Source: Octopus vulgaris
Taxonomy: Eukaryota
DNA: 64,000 nt
Direction: 5' to 3'
Assembly (NCBI GenBank): GCA_951406725.2
Contig: OX597817.1
Location: 28,148,001 to 28,212,000, forward strand
Positions 42,272-55,055 of the stretch are shown here, one piece after another; positions within the stretch are counted from its first letter, which is position 1, and each line of letters opens with the position of its first letter. The notes beneath the pieces are model-generated. The model did no database searches, was not told where the DNA came from, and saw nothing but the letters and a program-made list of their open reading frames with translations. Position numbers and translations under genes: made by a program.

Positions 42272-44499
42272 ATATATATATATATATATATATATAAAGA
42301 GAGAGAGAGAGAGAGAGAGCGGGATAGAGAAGGGTGGGAGAGAGAGAGAGATGTAAATGTAGTCGCAAATTGGCAACTCGCTTGTAATAGTAAATGGGAA
42401 TAAAAATAAAATGATCGCAAGTAGAGTGTTTTTGATTATATTTCTGCTCAGCTAAACAGCAACATGTAAAAATTCTTCCCTCAAGCTTTTTTTTTTTTGT
42501 TTTTTTTTTTTCCAATGTAGTTAGTGCCACGTAGGGTAAAACAAGATGTATTTGTGTGTTTGTTTTTAATGACAGAATATAAAATAAATATTTGTATGTG
42601 AAAGATGCCAACCATCTTCCAAAGCCATATCCTAGTGATTATGTTTAATTACTGTAAATTATCTGGAGACCATATTTAATGAACGCAAACTATCTTGTCA
42701 GTTATTCAACGGTTTGTGCTTCCTACATCATCCTACGTCTTTTCATCGATTAGAAAAGGAAATGGCATATTTATAAAAGTAATCTACAGATAACGTGGGA
42801 GTTAACAACAGTGACTTTGCGAAAACTAGTAATAACGTGGTGGAAATCTACCTGTAATAAATAATTCTCTAACGTCTTGCAAACGGAAAGGACTAATTAG
42901 ACCATATAGTCCTAGATACACTATGACAAAGTAAAAGCAGCATTGTCACGACTGGATTGCGTGTGAGTAAATGTCTATTCCATCAGGGCTGAAATGGCAA
43001 AATAACAACAACAATAACTACGTCAATGGTATTAGTAACAACTGAAGACTAAAATGACATAATGTTTGCATGTTGTGTGGAGTTGGTTATATGCTCTGCT
43101 TTTCCTCTTTTGGTTAATCATGAAAATTAAAATAGACGTAATTCATATCTGTTTGTCCTATATCCACTGTAATTATGAGACACAAATTGTTCACCCGCAT
43201 AGTTCAGTCGGTAGAGCATCAGACAAAGCTGGCGGTATCGTTAGCGGCATTTCGTCCGTCTTTACGTTCTGAGTTCTGAGTTCAAACGCTACCGACGTCG
43301 ACTTTACCTTTCAATAAAATAAATTCGAGTCGATAAAATAAGTACCAGTTGCGCACTGGAGTCGATGTAATCGACTTACCCCTCCCCCAAAACTGCTGGC
43401 CTTGTGCCAAAATTTGAAACCAACATCAGATGCAATAAAAGGCAATCTCCAAGATTGAATGACAGACTTTTGTGTTCGGTAAATTCCCGATCTCTTCGAC
43501 AGCACGTACTGTATAGTTTTCTATGGTATTATCTAAAAATATAAATGAAAACCATTTAAACAGCTTGTATTTAAAAAATAAAATAAAATAAAATAAAATT
43601 ATAAGACGAGGAAGAAATTATTTGTTTGGAACAACTAAAGAAGATAAAATTATACTATTAGAAACATATTATTAAACTTGAGAAATTTCCATTTCTTTAG
43701 ACTCTTTTATTGTTCCATAAATTTCACGAAAAAAATACACATTAAATCTTCCGAATAAAATTTGGATCACGCTCATGTCTCTAATATTTATAAAACGAAC
43801 ATTTCCTTGCTGTCTAGAATTTCTTACGGTGTTTTCTTTAACAGAAAAATATTGGTATTGTTGTCGTTATTAATATTGTCGTTGTTATTCTATTTTCTGT
43901 TGTTGATGATGATATTTCGTTTCTTTTTCTCTTTTATTTATTAATTTAGTTATTTCTGACGTTTATTTTATTCATCAAACTATTATCATCTTCATTTATT
44001 TATATATATTTATTCATTTTTCCTGTATAATATTTATCAGTTAGTACGACATTTGTAACCGATTAAAATCTCTTCAACATAAAGATGTTGATCTTAATAA
44101 CAACTGACAATAATTTAAAGAAAAAGGCAACAAAAAAAAAAGAAAGCATTTAAAAAAGATAGAACGATATTAATTTATAAAAGAAAAGAGGCAAAGAAAA
44201 AAGAAAGAACGATTAAAGAAATTAAGTAAACTGTTCTATGAGTAACTTTAAATTCATTTCGAGTCACCTCTGATATCAGATGTCGTATCAATTAATAATT
44301 TCATAAAACATTCCTTTATCTGTACGTTGACTCTGCCAAGTTGAGGCAATCAGTGATGCATCTTCTACTCCCCCCGCGGCCAGCTAACTACAATAATATC
44401 CTCTATTTCATTATATAATGTTGTTTTCTATTCATACAATCGTCAGTGTATGTGTGTGTGTAGACAAAGATATATGGACATACTTCTATATATATATAA

Positions 44500-44718
44500 T
44501 CATTTCTACTATAGGCACAAGGCCTGAAATTTTTGGCAGAGGGGACTAGTCGATTACATTGACCCCAGTGTTTCACTAGTACATAATTTATCGATCCCGG
44601 AAGGATGAAAGGCAAAGTCGACCTCGGCGGAATTTGAACTCAGAACGTCTTTAAAACAGACGAAATGCCACTAAGCATTTCGTCCAGCCTGATAACGATT
44701 CTGCCAGATCGTTGCCTT
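44500..44718 (-). mobile_element. SINE family B
   Basis: Matches the family consensus. Confidence 0.85.
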
Positions 44719-44775
44719 ATCTCTCTATACCTAATATACATACAAACTTATATGTATAATATACATACAAATCTA

Positions 44776-44819
<44 letters not shown>

Positions 44820-44989
44820 TTAAAGGACACATTGAAGTGTCTACCCGCTAGAAATAAGGGTTAAAACCCTCATGTGGACCACCAAAAATTACACTGTAAA
44901 TAACAGATACAACAGTATACGGGCGAGCGAACCGAAAAAAAATCTTTCATATACCTTTACAGCATAAAGCTATATATTTGTAGTGATCC

Positions 44990-45310
44990 TACAACGGCGC
45001 GCGCTCGCGCACCGACCATTTGTATTTCGCGCGTGTTGGTGCCTTTACCAAGGCACAGAAAGGAAGGGCCCTCTCGCGCATGCGCGACCCACCGGAAGCA
45101 CGACCCGCTTGCCTATCGTGGTAGTTAGCGAGGCAAGGGGGTCGTAGAACGTTTGACCACTAGCAGCAGTCATCGAGGACTTGGGACCCAGCGATTGAAG
45201 GCGACGTCACGCGATATATTTTCTCTCCGTTGGAACTAGCTTCTAGCAGTCCTTACCAAATTGTTGCAGACCAACATCGTCTCCATTGTTCGACGCCATC
45301 TTGAATCCGT
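44990..45310. promoter_or_regulatory. CpG-rich promoter-like island
   Basis: E2F-like TTTCGCGC (45025), NRF1-like GCGCATGCGC (45076), ETS-like CCGGAAG (45092), CRE-like GACGTCAC (45203), YY1-like CGCCATCTT (45294). Confidence 0.6.
45257..45299 (-). CDS. Candidate first coding exon (MASNNGDDVGLQQF, phase 1)
   Basis: CAAGATGGCG start context and TTTG|GTAAGG donor; no downstream exon identified. Confidence 0.3.
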
Positions 45311-46479
45311 TTCTGTTTTTGGGCTGAAGATTGTAAATATTACAATCTATTTACTTTCAGCCTTGCGCGCCCCGAACCAAGGACATCAGATAACACACTT
45401 ATTGTTATTGTTTACCAAGAAAGAGAATAAAGTAGTTATATATATATTTTACGTCTGCGTCTTGTTGTTTCTGACTAGTAGAGATTCTGGATTATTAAAT
45501 TAACGAACGAGTGAGTGATTGCTTTGTGCACCCCAAAAGTGCACGAGGATATTCACACACTAAGCTCGTTTCATATTTAATGGAACAGGTATATATGCAG
45601 ACCGGTTTCTGGTTTGATACAGGTTGTTACCTTAACCCTTAAAAACACCTTCCCAGTCCGCCACTTTGAAATCTGTAGGTATCCTTAATTTCTTAGCGCC
45701 AAAATGTGAAGAAGCCTCAGTGTGAAAAGTAATAATCAACAGCAAAAATATTCAGAATATCATTATTATCGGAGTCAATATAAATAGCTCATAATAACAA
45801 CAATATCAATGTAGGTGGTTGCAGGCCTAAATTAGCGTTATTTGGCTATAGAATTTAAATTATATTAATCAAAAGATGCATTGAAGTTCTACCCACTAGA
45901 AATAAGTGTTAAAGCCCTCGATCAGACCACCAAAAGTTACACTGAATATAGCAAATACAACAGTACACCAGTTCCATTAAATATATAGCTTTATGCTATA
46001 ATGGTATTTGAAAGTTCTTTTTCGGTTCGCCCGTATACTGTTGTATTTGTTATTTTCAGTGTAATTTTTTGTGGTCAAATGAGGGTTTTAACTCTTATTT
46101 CTAACAGGTAGATACTTCCAGGTGTCCGTTATTTAATATAATTTTAATTCTATAGCTATATAACGCTAATTTAGGCCTGCAACCACCTATATTAATATTG
46201 ATGTTATTATGGACTGTGTATATCGACTTCGATAAAAATAACAATATTAATATCTTGTAAATATTCGACTCTGAATATTTTTGCTGCAATATATATATAT
46301 ATACACTCACACATAAATATACATGTTTACATATGTGTGTATTTATATATATATGTATATATATATATGTACATATATATATATATAAACACATATGTAC
46401 ATATATATAAATGTATATATTTATATATATATTGTACATACAAACTTGTATGTATGTATGTATGTATGTTTATATGTAT

Positions 46480-46818
46480 GCGTGGCCATGTGATAAGAGG
46501 TTTGCTTCCCAACCACATGATTTCAGGTTCAGTGTCACGCAGTGGCACCTTGAATAGGAGCTTCTAGAGTAGTATCTTGACCGACCGAAATCTTGTGTGT
46601 ATTTCTCTTAGCGTTTGTGTTTGTCCTCCTACCACCACCACCACTTGACAACCAGTATTAGTTTGTTTACATCCTTGAAACTTTGCTGATAGGCAAAAGA
46701 CACTGATAAGCACCAGGTTTTAAAAGGAATTAAATACAGGAGTCGATTTGTTCGATTAATTCATTCAAATCGGGACCCCAGTATAATTGCAGCTCAATGA
46801 CTGAAACAAGTAAAAGAT
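46480..46818 (+). mobile_element. Decayed SINE family A
   Basis: CCAACCACATGATTTCAGGTTCAGTG ... ATGACTGAAACAAGTAAAAG. Confidence 0.7.
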
Positions 46819-47826
46819 AAAGTATATGTGCGCGTGCGCGTGTGTTTGTGGAGGCTCTGTAAGCGATTTTGGGTGCTGTCTTTCGTCTTGACTAAAAGGT
46901 AAAAAGAAAAAGAATGTATGTGTTTGAGCGCATTATGATTAAGAGAGGATATCGCTATGAGCTTTATGAAGGTATCTAAAATCCGTGGGAAGAAAGGAGG
47001 GGTGGAAGGAGTAGTTGTTAGATCAGAGATCAGACCCAACTGCTTGCAACAGAAAATGTTTCCTCTAAAGGAATCAAAGAATATAATTGTGCTTTAAAAC
47101 TGGATTCAGAAAAAGCTTTTGGCCCACGAACAGAATAACTGTGACAGGCTTGATATAAAAGTTTCCCTCACAACTCAAAGCCACTGTATGAGAATCAATA
47201 AAATTCTGTAAGAACTGGGTTTTTTTTAAGGGAGCTGTGAACCGGATGAAACGCAAGCAAACCGGACAAAATAATTAGTGGCTTTTCTTGCGGTTTCACG
47301 TCCTGAGCTCAATTTCACCGAGGTCGACTTTGCTTTTCATCATTTTAGGGTCGATAAAATAAGTACCACTAAAACACTGCGGTCCATGTAACTGACGAAC
47401 CCTCTCCCCTAAAATTTCAGGCCTTGTACCTCTAGTAGAAAGGAAAAATTTAAAGGATTGATAACTGCGAAACAGATAATGGATTTCAAATTTTGGTACA
47501 AGGCCAGCAATTTCGGGAGAGGAGACAAATTTATTACATCGACTATAGTGATCAATTGGGATTTATTTTATTGACACCCGGAAGGATGAAAGGTAAAGTC
47601 GATCTCGGTGGAATTTGAACTCAGAACCTAATGACGGCTAAGCCTTTTGCCTGACGTACTAACGATTCTACCAGATAGGCCCCTTCAACTGCGGAAACGA
47701 TAATGAAAAACGAACCAGTCTCGCTGTTTTTACATAATATCTTAACACCCTAGTCACTGAGTAGATGGCCAATGAAACTAATTTTTTTAATTTCCACCAG
47801 GAAGAGTAAGCATACATATCTATGTA

Positions 47827-47890
<64 letters not shown>

Positions 47891-47979
47891 TTCTTTTCTG
47901 CTCTAAGCACAAAGCCTGAAAATACTACTATGCATTTCGCCCGGCGTGCTAACGTTTCTGCCGGCTCACCGCCTTACAA

Positions 47980-48750
47980 TAAATCTTTTTTAGTCTTGGC
48001 ACAAGACCCGAAATTTTGGAGGGAAGGGGCCTGTCAATTAGATAGACCCCAGTACGCAACTGGTACTTAATTTATCGACCTCGAAAGGATGAAAGGCAAA
48101 GTCGACCTCGGCGGAATTTGAACTCAGAACGTAAAGACAGACGAAATACCTATTTCTTTTCTACCCACAAGGGGCTAAACACAGAGGACAAACAAGGACA
48201 GACAAACGGATTAAGTTGATTATATCGACCCCAGTACGTAACTGGTACTTAATTTATCGACCCCGAAAGGATGAAAGGCAAAGTCGACCTCGGCGGAATT
48301 TGAACTCAGAACGTAAAGACAGACGAAATACCTATTTCTTTTCTACCCACAAGGGGCTAAACACAGAGGACAAACAAGGACAGACAAACGGATTAAGTTG
48401 ATTATATCGACCCCAGTGCGTAGCTGGTACTTAATTTATCGACCCCGAAAGGATGAAAGGCAAAGTCGACCTCGGCGGAATTTGAACTCAGAACGTAAAG
48501 ACAGACGAAATACCTATTTCTTTACAACCCACAAGGGGCTAAACACAGAGGGAACCAACAAGGACAGAAAAACGGATTAAGTCAATTACATCGACCCCAG
48601 TGCGTAACTGGTACTTAATTTATCGACCCCGAAAGGATGAAAAGCAAAGTCGGCCTCGGCGGAATTTGAACTTAGAACGTAGCAGCAGACAAAATACCTC
48701 TAAGCAGCATTTGTCCCGGCGTCTTAACGTTTCTGCCAGCTCACCGTCTT
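47980..48750 (-). mobile_element. Tetrameric SINE family B array (about 180-bp unit)
   Basis: Four bodies under one head, joined at GAAATACC|TATTTCTTT; the internal units are near-identical. Confidence 0.9.
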
Positions 48751-49414
48751 ACGCACAAACATACCTTGATACAAATATATGAAAATTGAGCCGTTCAAAT
48801 ATGTCTATATCTATAAGAAATTAATCTTCTGACTTTTGTTCTTGTTTTTGATTTATCATTTGAAGTCTTGTACTCTACTGAATGTTTGACTACTGCTTTC
48901 TTTGAGACTAAAGAAATGTATATCAAAGTAAATATGGCTTTGATATACATGTGTGTGTGTGTGTACACACACACATACGTATGTATCTCTATATGTATGT
49001 ATGTATGTGCTTGTATATATGTAGCATACGTGAATCTGTGTAGGTATGTATAAATGTAAATATATACTGGCACACGCAGATAATAAGTAGGCGGTAGCAA
49101 ATATGACAGTACCTTCACTTAAGAAGTTAAAATTGTGTTATCTATGTTATAAAGTTCTTTTATTCTCTAATCAATTTATATAACATTAAATATCTATCAT
49201 GATTTAATATCATCCATTAGTCTGAAAAGTTTTACGCTGAAAACGTATTTGTATGATGAGAAATATCCGTTTCTTATGTAAAATTAGGGTGTCAGATTAG
49301 CAGAATTACTAGCGGGTGAGTTAAAATGCATTCGGTAGTTACGGTCCATTGCGTCCTCAGTTCTAATCCTGCCGAAGTTGCCTTTGCCTTTCATCTGTCC
49401 GGTTTTGATAAAAT

Positions 49415-49645
49415 ATATTTCTTTACTGCCCACAAGGGGTTAAACATAGAGAGGACAAACTAGGACAGACAAACGGATTAAGTCGATTATATCGGCCCTA
49501 GTGCGAAACTGGTATTTTATTTATCGACCCCGAAAGGATGAAAGGCAAAGTCGACCTCGGCGGAATTTGTACTCAGAACGTAACGACAGACGAAATACCG
49601 CTAAGCATTTCGCCCGGCGCGCAAACGTTTCTGCCAGCTCGTCTC
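49415..49645 (-). mobile_element. SINE family B
   Basis: Matches the family consensus. Confidence 0.85.
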
Positions 49646-50199
49646 CTTGGGGATTAGATATAAGCGACTACTCGGTTCTTGGTACCAGAAATCCATCCCT
49701 TGATAGTTGAAAGACCTAGCAATTAATTCTGCTGTTCAACAGTAGGGTATGGATGAAAAATAAGTAAATAATTAATAAGTATTATTTTTAGCATAGGCTC
49801 AAAGCTACAACTTTTGGAATAGAGGTTGTCCGATATAACTGATTTCAGAATCTGAATGAGCCTTTATTTTATCAACGCTGAAAGAATGAAAGACAAACGT
49901 GATCACAGTGGCATTTGAAGTAAGAATATAAACAACATAAACAAAGACAAGGCATTTTGTCTGAAGCTCTACAGGTTCTGCAAATCCATTGCCATAAAAT
50001 AGTTATAATTACGTCAGTACATAAGACAGAAAGCCGTCAGAATCGATAGCGCGCCGGGTGGAAAGCTTAGCGGCATTTCGTTCGTCTTTACGTAAATAGT
50101 GTAAAATCTGCTGAATTCGACTTTGCCTTTCATCCTACCGAGGTCGATAAAACAAGTACCAGTTAAACACTTGGGTTAATGTAATCGACTTACTCTCTC

Positions 50200-50272
<73 letters not shown>

Positions 50273-51196
50273 AATTGCTGGTCTTGTTCCAAACTTTGAG
50301 AGCAACAAGTAGATATGTATCAGCATCTTGTCACATCTCATGATGCAAAGAAAGTTAAATTACAGCACAGTAAAGACTGTGCTAAGCTTTCCATTTGGAA
50401 TTTTGTCTGCGACTTTAATGATTCTGCTTGAATATAATTAATAATATCAGCATAAAACATCAGTTTTAACAGTAGAAAAATATGAGTTTTTGCTGGATAC
50501 TTATGGATATTTGACACATTTCCCGCCCCAAATTAGTCTAAATGTAATAAATTGTTGCTAAGCAATAATTGAAATGTGTGTGAATACTCGTATTACATAC
50601 AGCATCCGTCACTTACTGCATAAGTTTACAGATACATACTTCTCTCTGGTTTTTGTCCTTGAACATTATCTGAATCTCACTGCAGCTCATGCTGCGAAGT
50701 TATATCGCATTTTCATAAAGCAATATTACTTCCAAATAGAGAATACAGTAATTTCCATTCTGAGATGTAAACACTCTCTATCATTTAATCTATAAATGCC
50801 AAATAATGTACTATGCAGCACATTTTTCTAATAAATTGAATTATATTAATTCCAGTTTCTTGTATCAAATGTGTAACCTTTGGCTAGTTCAAAAATTGTA
50901 ATTATAATCTCAAGCCAGAAGAAAATACACATACTAGTTAATTTTTTCCCCGCTTTCATTTAAGACAATGACTGCCGAAAGCAATAACCATGGACACGGT
51001 TCAAGAAAATGAGTGCGGCAAGCGTGAAATAACAATTGTAAAATCATGCGTCCATCGCATTTTCAAGCACTGTCTTTGGAAAAGTTATATTCCAAGAATA
51101 GTCAAAGCTCTCAACAAAGTCTATCCGAATCAAGGAGAATTTTACAAATAGCCCTTGGCAAGTTGTGTAAAAGATACAGAATTCCTATCAAAGATA

Positions 51197-52503
51197 CAAT
51201 GTGGTTACCCAGAAGTTCTGAGACTGTTTCAGGAATGACATTTATTAATCTCAAAGAGGTACATAACTCTACTCTTTTTGAAAGTAGAAACTTCTGACAT
51301 CCATGCATTTTTTTGCAGCGTTACAACAACTTCTTGAAGGTTCCATGTGAATATGTCCAGGATCCATGTCACAGGCTTTTTCCATCATCTTCAACTTGGG
51401 GTATAACCCAAATCACAGGGAGCAAGGTCAGGACTGCAGTGAAAGGTTGGGACTGTTTTGATGGCACATCTCTGTCGAGTAATTGGTTACCATGATGGAA
51501 TTATGGTCTGGTGCATTGTCCTGGTACAGGTGCCACCGACCCGGGTGGAAGAATTTTTTAACTAGACAAAGGTTACACAATCTCTTCTTGAATTCCCTCG
51601 AAAACTCCACAAGATACTCTTCGTTGACCATCTATCCAGAGGGTGTCTAGTGGATGTAGCTGATACTCTTGTTATCGAAAAAGGTGATCATCATTAGCTT
51701 CCCGTTAGACTTGCTTTGCCTGGCCTTCTTGGGTCTGGACGAGTCAGGATGCTTCCATTGGGTACTCTTGGTCTCTGGCTTATGACAGTAGATTAAGCTT
51801 TTACCACAGGCCACTAGGGCCTCAAGTACTCTTAGATAGCAGGTACGGTGCTCAACCATTTCCCTATTGTCACCGACGCGTCTTTGTTTTTTCTTTTTCT
51901 GTTCGTTTACCAAGCGCCCTGGGAACTAACTTGGCACAAATTTTGTGCATATTCAAATCTTCATAAATACTTCTGTGTACAGTACCCACACCAAATCTAA
52001 ATTGTACCCATATTGTCTTTATAAGACACACGATGATCTTCATCCAGAAAATTGCGAATTTTCTTAACTAGCTCTGATGTTCTGACGCCTTTCTCCCTCC
52101 CACACCTCTCCTCGTCTTTCACCTCCTCTTTACCGTCCTTGAACCTTTTGTGTCAGTGAAAAACAGATGCTCGGCTCATAGAAGTTAATTCATAAACCGT
52201 CTGGAGCATTTTATAAGTTTCTGCTGCGGCTTTTCCCAGTTTAACACAAACCTTCATTGCATAGCGAGCTTCTAAATTGTCTTCACATACCGACTCCATT
52301 TTGTAAAATAATCAGTTGTGACATATAGTGTTTAGTAAGGCATGTTCAAAGTGCAGTTTACAGCCATTTTCTTCAATCTGGAATAGAAAAAATGTTGGCA
52401 GGTTAATTTGTTAAATGCATGTTAGTGATATATTAAATATACAGTAATCTAAGACAGTTGTAATTGCCTCTCCTAAATAAGTCTAAAACCTTTTAGTTTC
52501 GCG
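51197..52503 (-). mobile_element. Decayed near-full-length mariner transposon (pseudogenised transposase, ATG at 52299)
   Basis: MESVCEDNLEARYAMKVCVKLGKAAAETYKML; QWKHPDSSRPKKARQSKSNGKLMMITFFD; WHLYQDNAPDH; SPDLAPCD. Many frameshifts; the TIR near 52480-52503 is degenerate. Confidence 0.88.
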
Positions 52504-52619
52504 TAATGAGCTTACATTTAATATGAATGACTCAATTAAGCATCACAGTCGCTTTTATTGGGGACCTGAGATTCCGCATATTACATAGGAGCAACATGTT
52601 AATTTAATAGGAGTTACAG

Positions 52620-52960
52620 TATGGGTCGAATTGACATCAACAGGATTAACTGGGTCATTCTTCTTTTATGATACTATGACTGAGCCCATTTACTTGAACT
52701 TGCTGCAGCAATCTGTCATACCAAACATTCAAGAGGGTTTTGAAGACGTCGAGTTTTCTTTACAGCAAAATGAGGTGTCTACACACTAATGAGACTTTCC
52801 CAAACTGGTGAACTACAAGAAGCGGTTCAGTTGAATAGCTTCCACGTTCGCCGGATCTTACACTACATGACATTTATTTTATCATAGGAATATGTAACAA
52901 AGTTTAAGGTACAAACCGGATACTATGGAAAAACTGATGGGAACTGTTGAACGAGAATGT
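52620..52960 (+). mobile_element. Tc1/mariner-superfamily transposase fragment
   Basis: Remnants [27 protein letters not shown] resemble the FQQDG..WPPRSPDLT catalytic region. Confidence 0.6.
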
Positions 52961-53240
52961 ACTTAGTACATATAATTGAGTGAATGTATAATTTAATTAG
53001 AAGCTGAAGCTTGTTGAATCATCATAGTTCTAAACTCAAAGGTTGTTTTTATTAAGCCTCAGGTCAGCTTTGAGCATAACCGTGCTCAACTGTGCTTCTC
53101 TTATGATCGCTCTGAATTTTCATATATCGATTTCTTTATTATATATCTATGTGTCTTTTTCTTTTTCTGTTTTAATCGTTTAAGTTGGAATCTGAGGAAA
53201 TTTGGTTGATATTTCTTTTAGGTCGAATGACTCTATAAAG

Positions 53241-53385
53241 CAGTCATCGGCAACTTGCGGCCCACGGGATTTTTTGATGGCACGCCAAAACGAATTTTTT
53301 TTTTTTTTTTTTTGTAGCAGAGCCCGTCTGATGATAAATCCTGTCTCATGCGATCTGCTTCCCAAAAAAAGGTTGCCTATGCTTT
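53241..53385. mobile_element. Decayed hAT-like MITE
   Basis: CAGTCATCGGCAAC.TGCGGCCC start and GGTTGCCTATGC end. Confidence 0.45.
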
Positions 53386-54126
53386 AAGTAAAACCTCCAT
53401 CAATGATTCGAAAGAAAATCATGAAATAAATACATGTGAATATATGTGAATGCTGATGCGTGTGCGTGAGTGCATGTATGTATGTATGTGTGCATGTTAA
53501 AGAGAAGTAGAAAATCCCAATTGTAAGCGTGAAGGATGAAAGTGGTTAAAACTGAGATTAAGGGGTTGTTGTAGAAGAAGACAGAAAGATAAAGAAAGGA
53601 AAAAAGGAAGTAGGTAAGAGAATGAGAGAAATATTGCTAAAAACCTTTCGTTTGTAAGCGCGCACGTACATGCCTATGTGCAAGAAGTGTATGTTAGTGT
53701 GATGGAGAAAGTCAAAAAGAAAGAGGAGAGTAAAGAAAACAGAAATGAAATATATGGGTTTGCGCATGAAATGGAGAGAGAGAGAAAAGGAGAGAGAGAA
53801 AAAGAGAAAGAGATGAAAAGACGGGGAGAGAGAGAGAGATAGGTAAGGGTAAAGGTTTGAGACTTAGAAGTTATTAATGCAAGAATCTAAAGCAACTAGA
53901 AAAATAAACCATTATGAACTGATCGGGCCACGGAGTCTGGTGAAGCAAATGTTTTGGATTAATCCAGAAGAATCAAAATGGATGAAGCAACAGTGGACAT
54001 ACAGTCTAGAAACGAATTAAGAAGGATTAGTTATTGCTAAGTTCAACAGACTTTAATGTTTTAGGCTATTTCTCATATCATTATTCGTTCTTTTTTCTTT
54101 CTTTCTCTCTCTGTGCTAGTATATAC

Positions 54127-54352
54127 TTTCCTTTAGATTTTTAGCCTTTGTTTTCGAAATGATGATTAGTAGAAGAACCGTTAGTTGAATCACGCCGGAT
54201 TTTGTTAGATGCCGTTGATGTAATAATCCATCTAGTACAACTGTTAACGAAGAGGTTAGCAGCAATTGAGGCGAATCTGAATGTCGTTTGTGTGAATATC
54301 CGTTTATATGCATTAATGAAATTTCCGTCTATTTAACAAATTGGAGACATTC
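54127..54352 (-). CDS. Candidate exon with start codon (54313) and signal-peptide-like segment
   Basis: Strong acceptor TTTTCTTCTATTTATTGTTTCAG|. 62 codons including GVIQLTVLLLIIISKTKA. Weak phase-1 donor |GTATAT. Unique sequence. Confidence 0.3.
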
Positions 54353-54455
54353 CTGAAACAATAAATAGAAGAAAAAAAAAGGAATTACAAACAGAAATGG
54401 GGGCAACGCATGAGACATATCATACGGGCGTGCGTGTGCATATTATACATGCATA

Positions 54456-54461
54456 GAAGAA

Positions 54462-54556
<95 letters not shown>

Positions 54557-54835
54557 AGAATTAAAATTAATAGTAATAACAGCAGCGCAGTAGTAGTAAA
54601 AGAAGAAGGAGGAGGAAGGGTATTGGAGCAGGAGGAGGAGGAGGAAGGGTGTTGGAGCAGGAGGAGATTAGTAGGAAGAGGAAAGGTGTTGGGGCAGGAG
54701 GAGATTAATAGGAGGAGGAGGATGGATGGTGTTGGAGTAGGAGGAGAAGCAGAAGATTAGGAGGAGGAGGAGGAGGAGGAGGAGGAAGGGTGTTGGAACA
54801 GAAGAAGCAGGAGGAGATTAGGAGGAGGAGGAGGA
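54456..54835. repeat. (GAA)n/(GGA)n polypurine array with repeated GAAGGGTGTTGGAGCAGG units
   Basis: Seen directly. Confidence 0.9.
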
Positions 54836-55055
54836 TTAATAGTAATAGCAGCAGCATGTCAGCTCCAAGTATGACTAATCTGTCTTTGGGGTTGGCCACA
54901 TGCGTCTCATACTAGATTCTCCAATCCGGCATTAGAAATATTTTCTAAGACGGTAGAGAGTGACTTGAGGGAAATTTGAATCTTATTTCTCGAAGGACGA
55001 GAAACCATATAGTAATAGTAGTAGCAGTAGTAGTTTAGTTGATAATATATTAATC

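Larger units (their letters stand above)
44816..46287. mobile_element. Foldback-like element with long inverted arms
   Basis: 44816-44979 and 45740-45968 are both inverted relative to 45978-46287 (e.g. ACAACAGTATACGGGCG / CGCCCGTATACTGTTGT; GGTGGTTGCAGGCCTAAATTAGCGTTAT / ATAACGCTAATTTAGGCCTGCAACCACC). Confidence 0.75.

Noticed and set aside
47040-47125. ALKLDSEKAF, resembling a LINE RT motif
   Set aside because: Isolated 10-aa similarity followed by a stop, with no flanking RT motifs seen.
47980-48750. CRISPR-like array
   Set aside because: Units are whole repeated SINE bodies with no unique spacers, there are no cas genes, and the context is eukaryotic.
54410-54760. Protamine-like poly-Arg ORF
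   Set aside because: Translation of a (GAA)n tract; the other frames give poly-Glu/Lys equally well.
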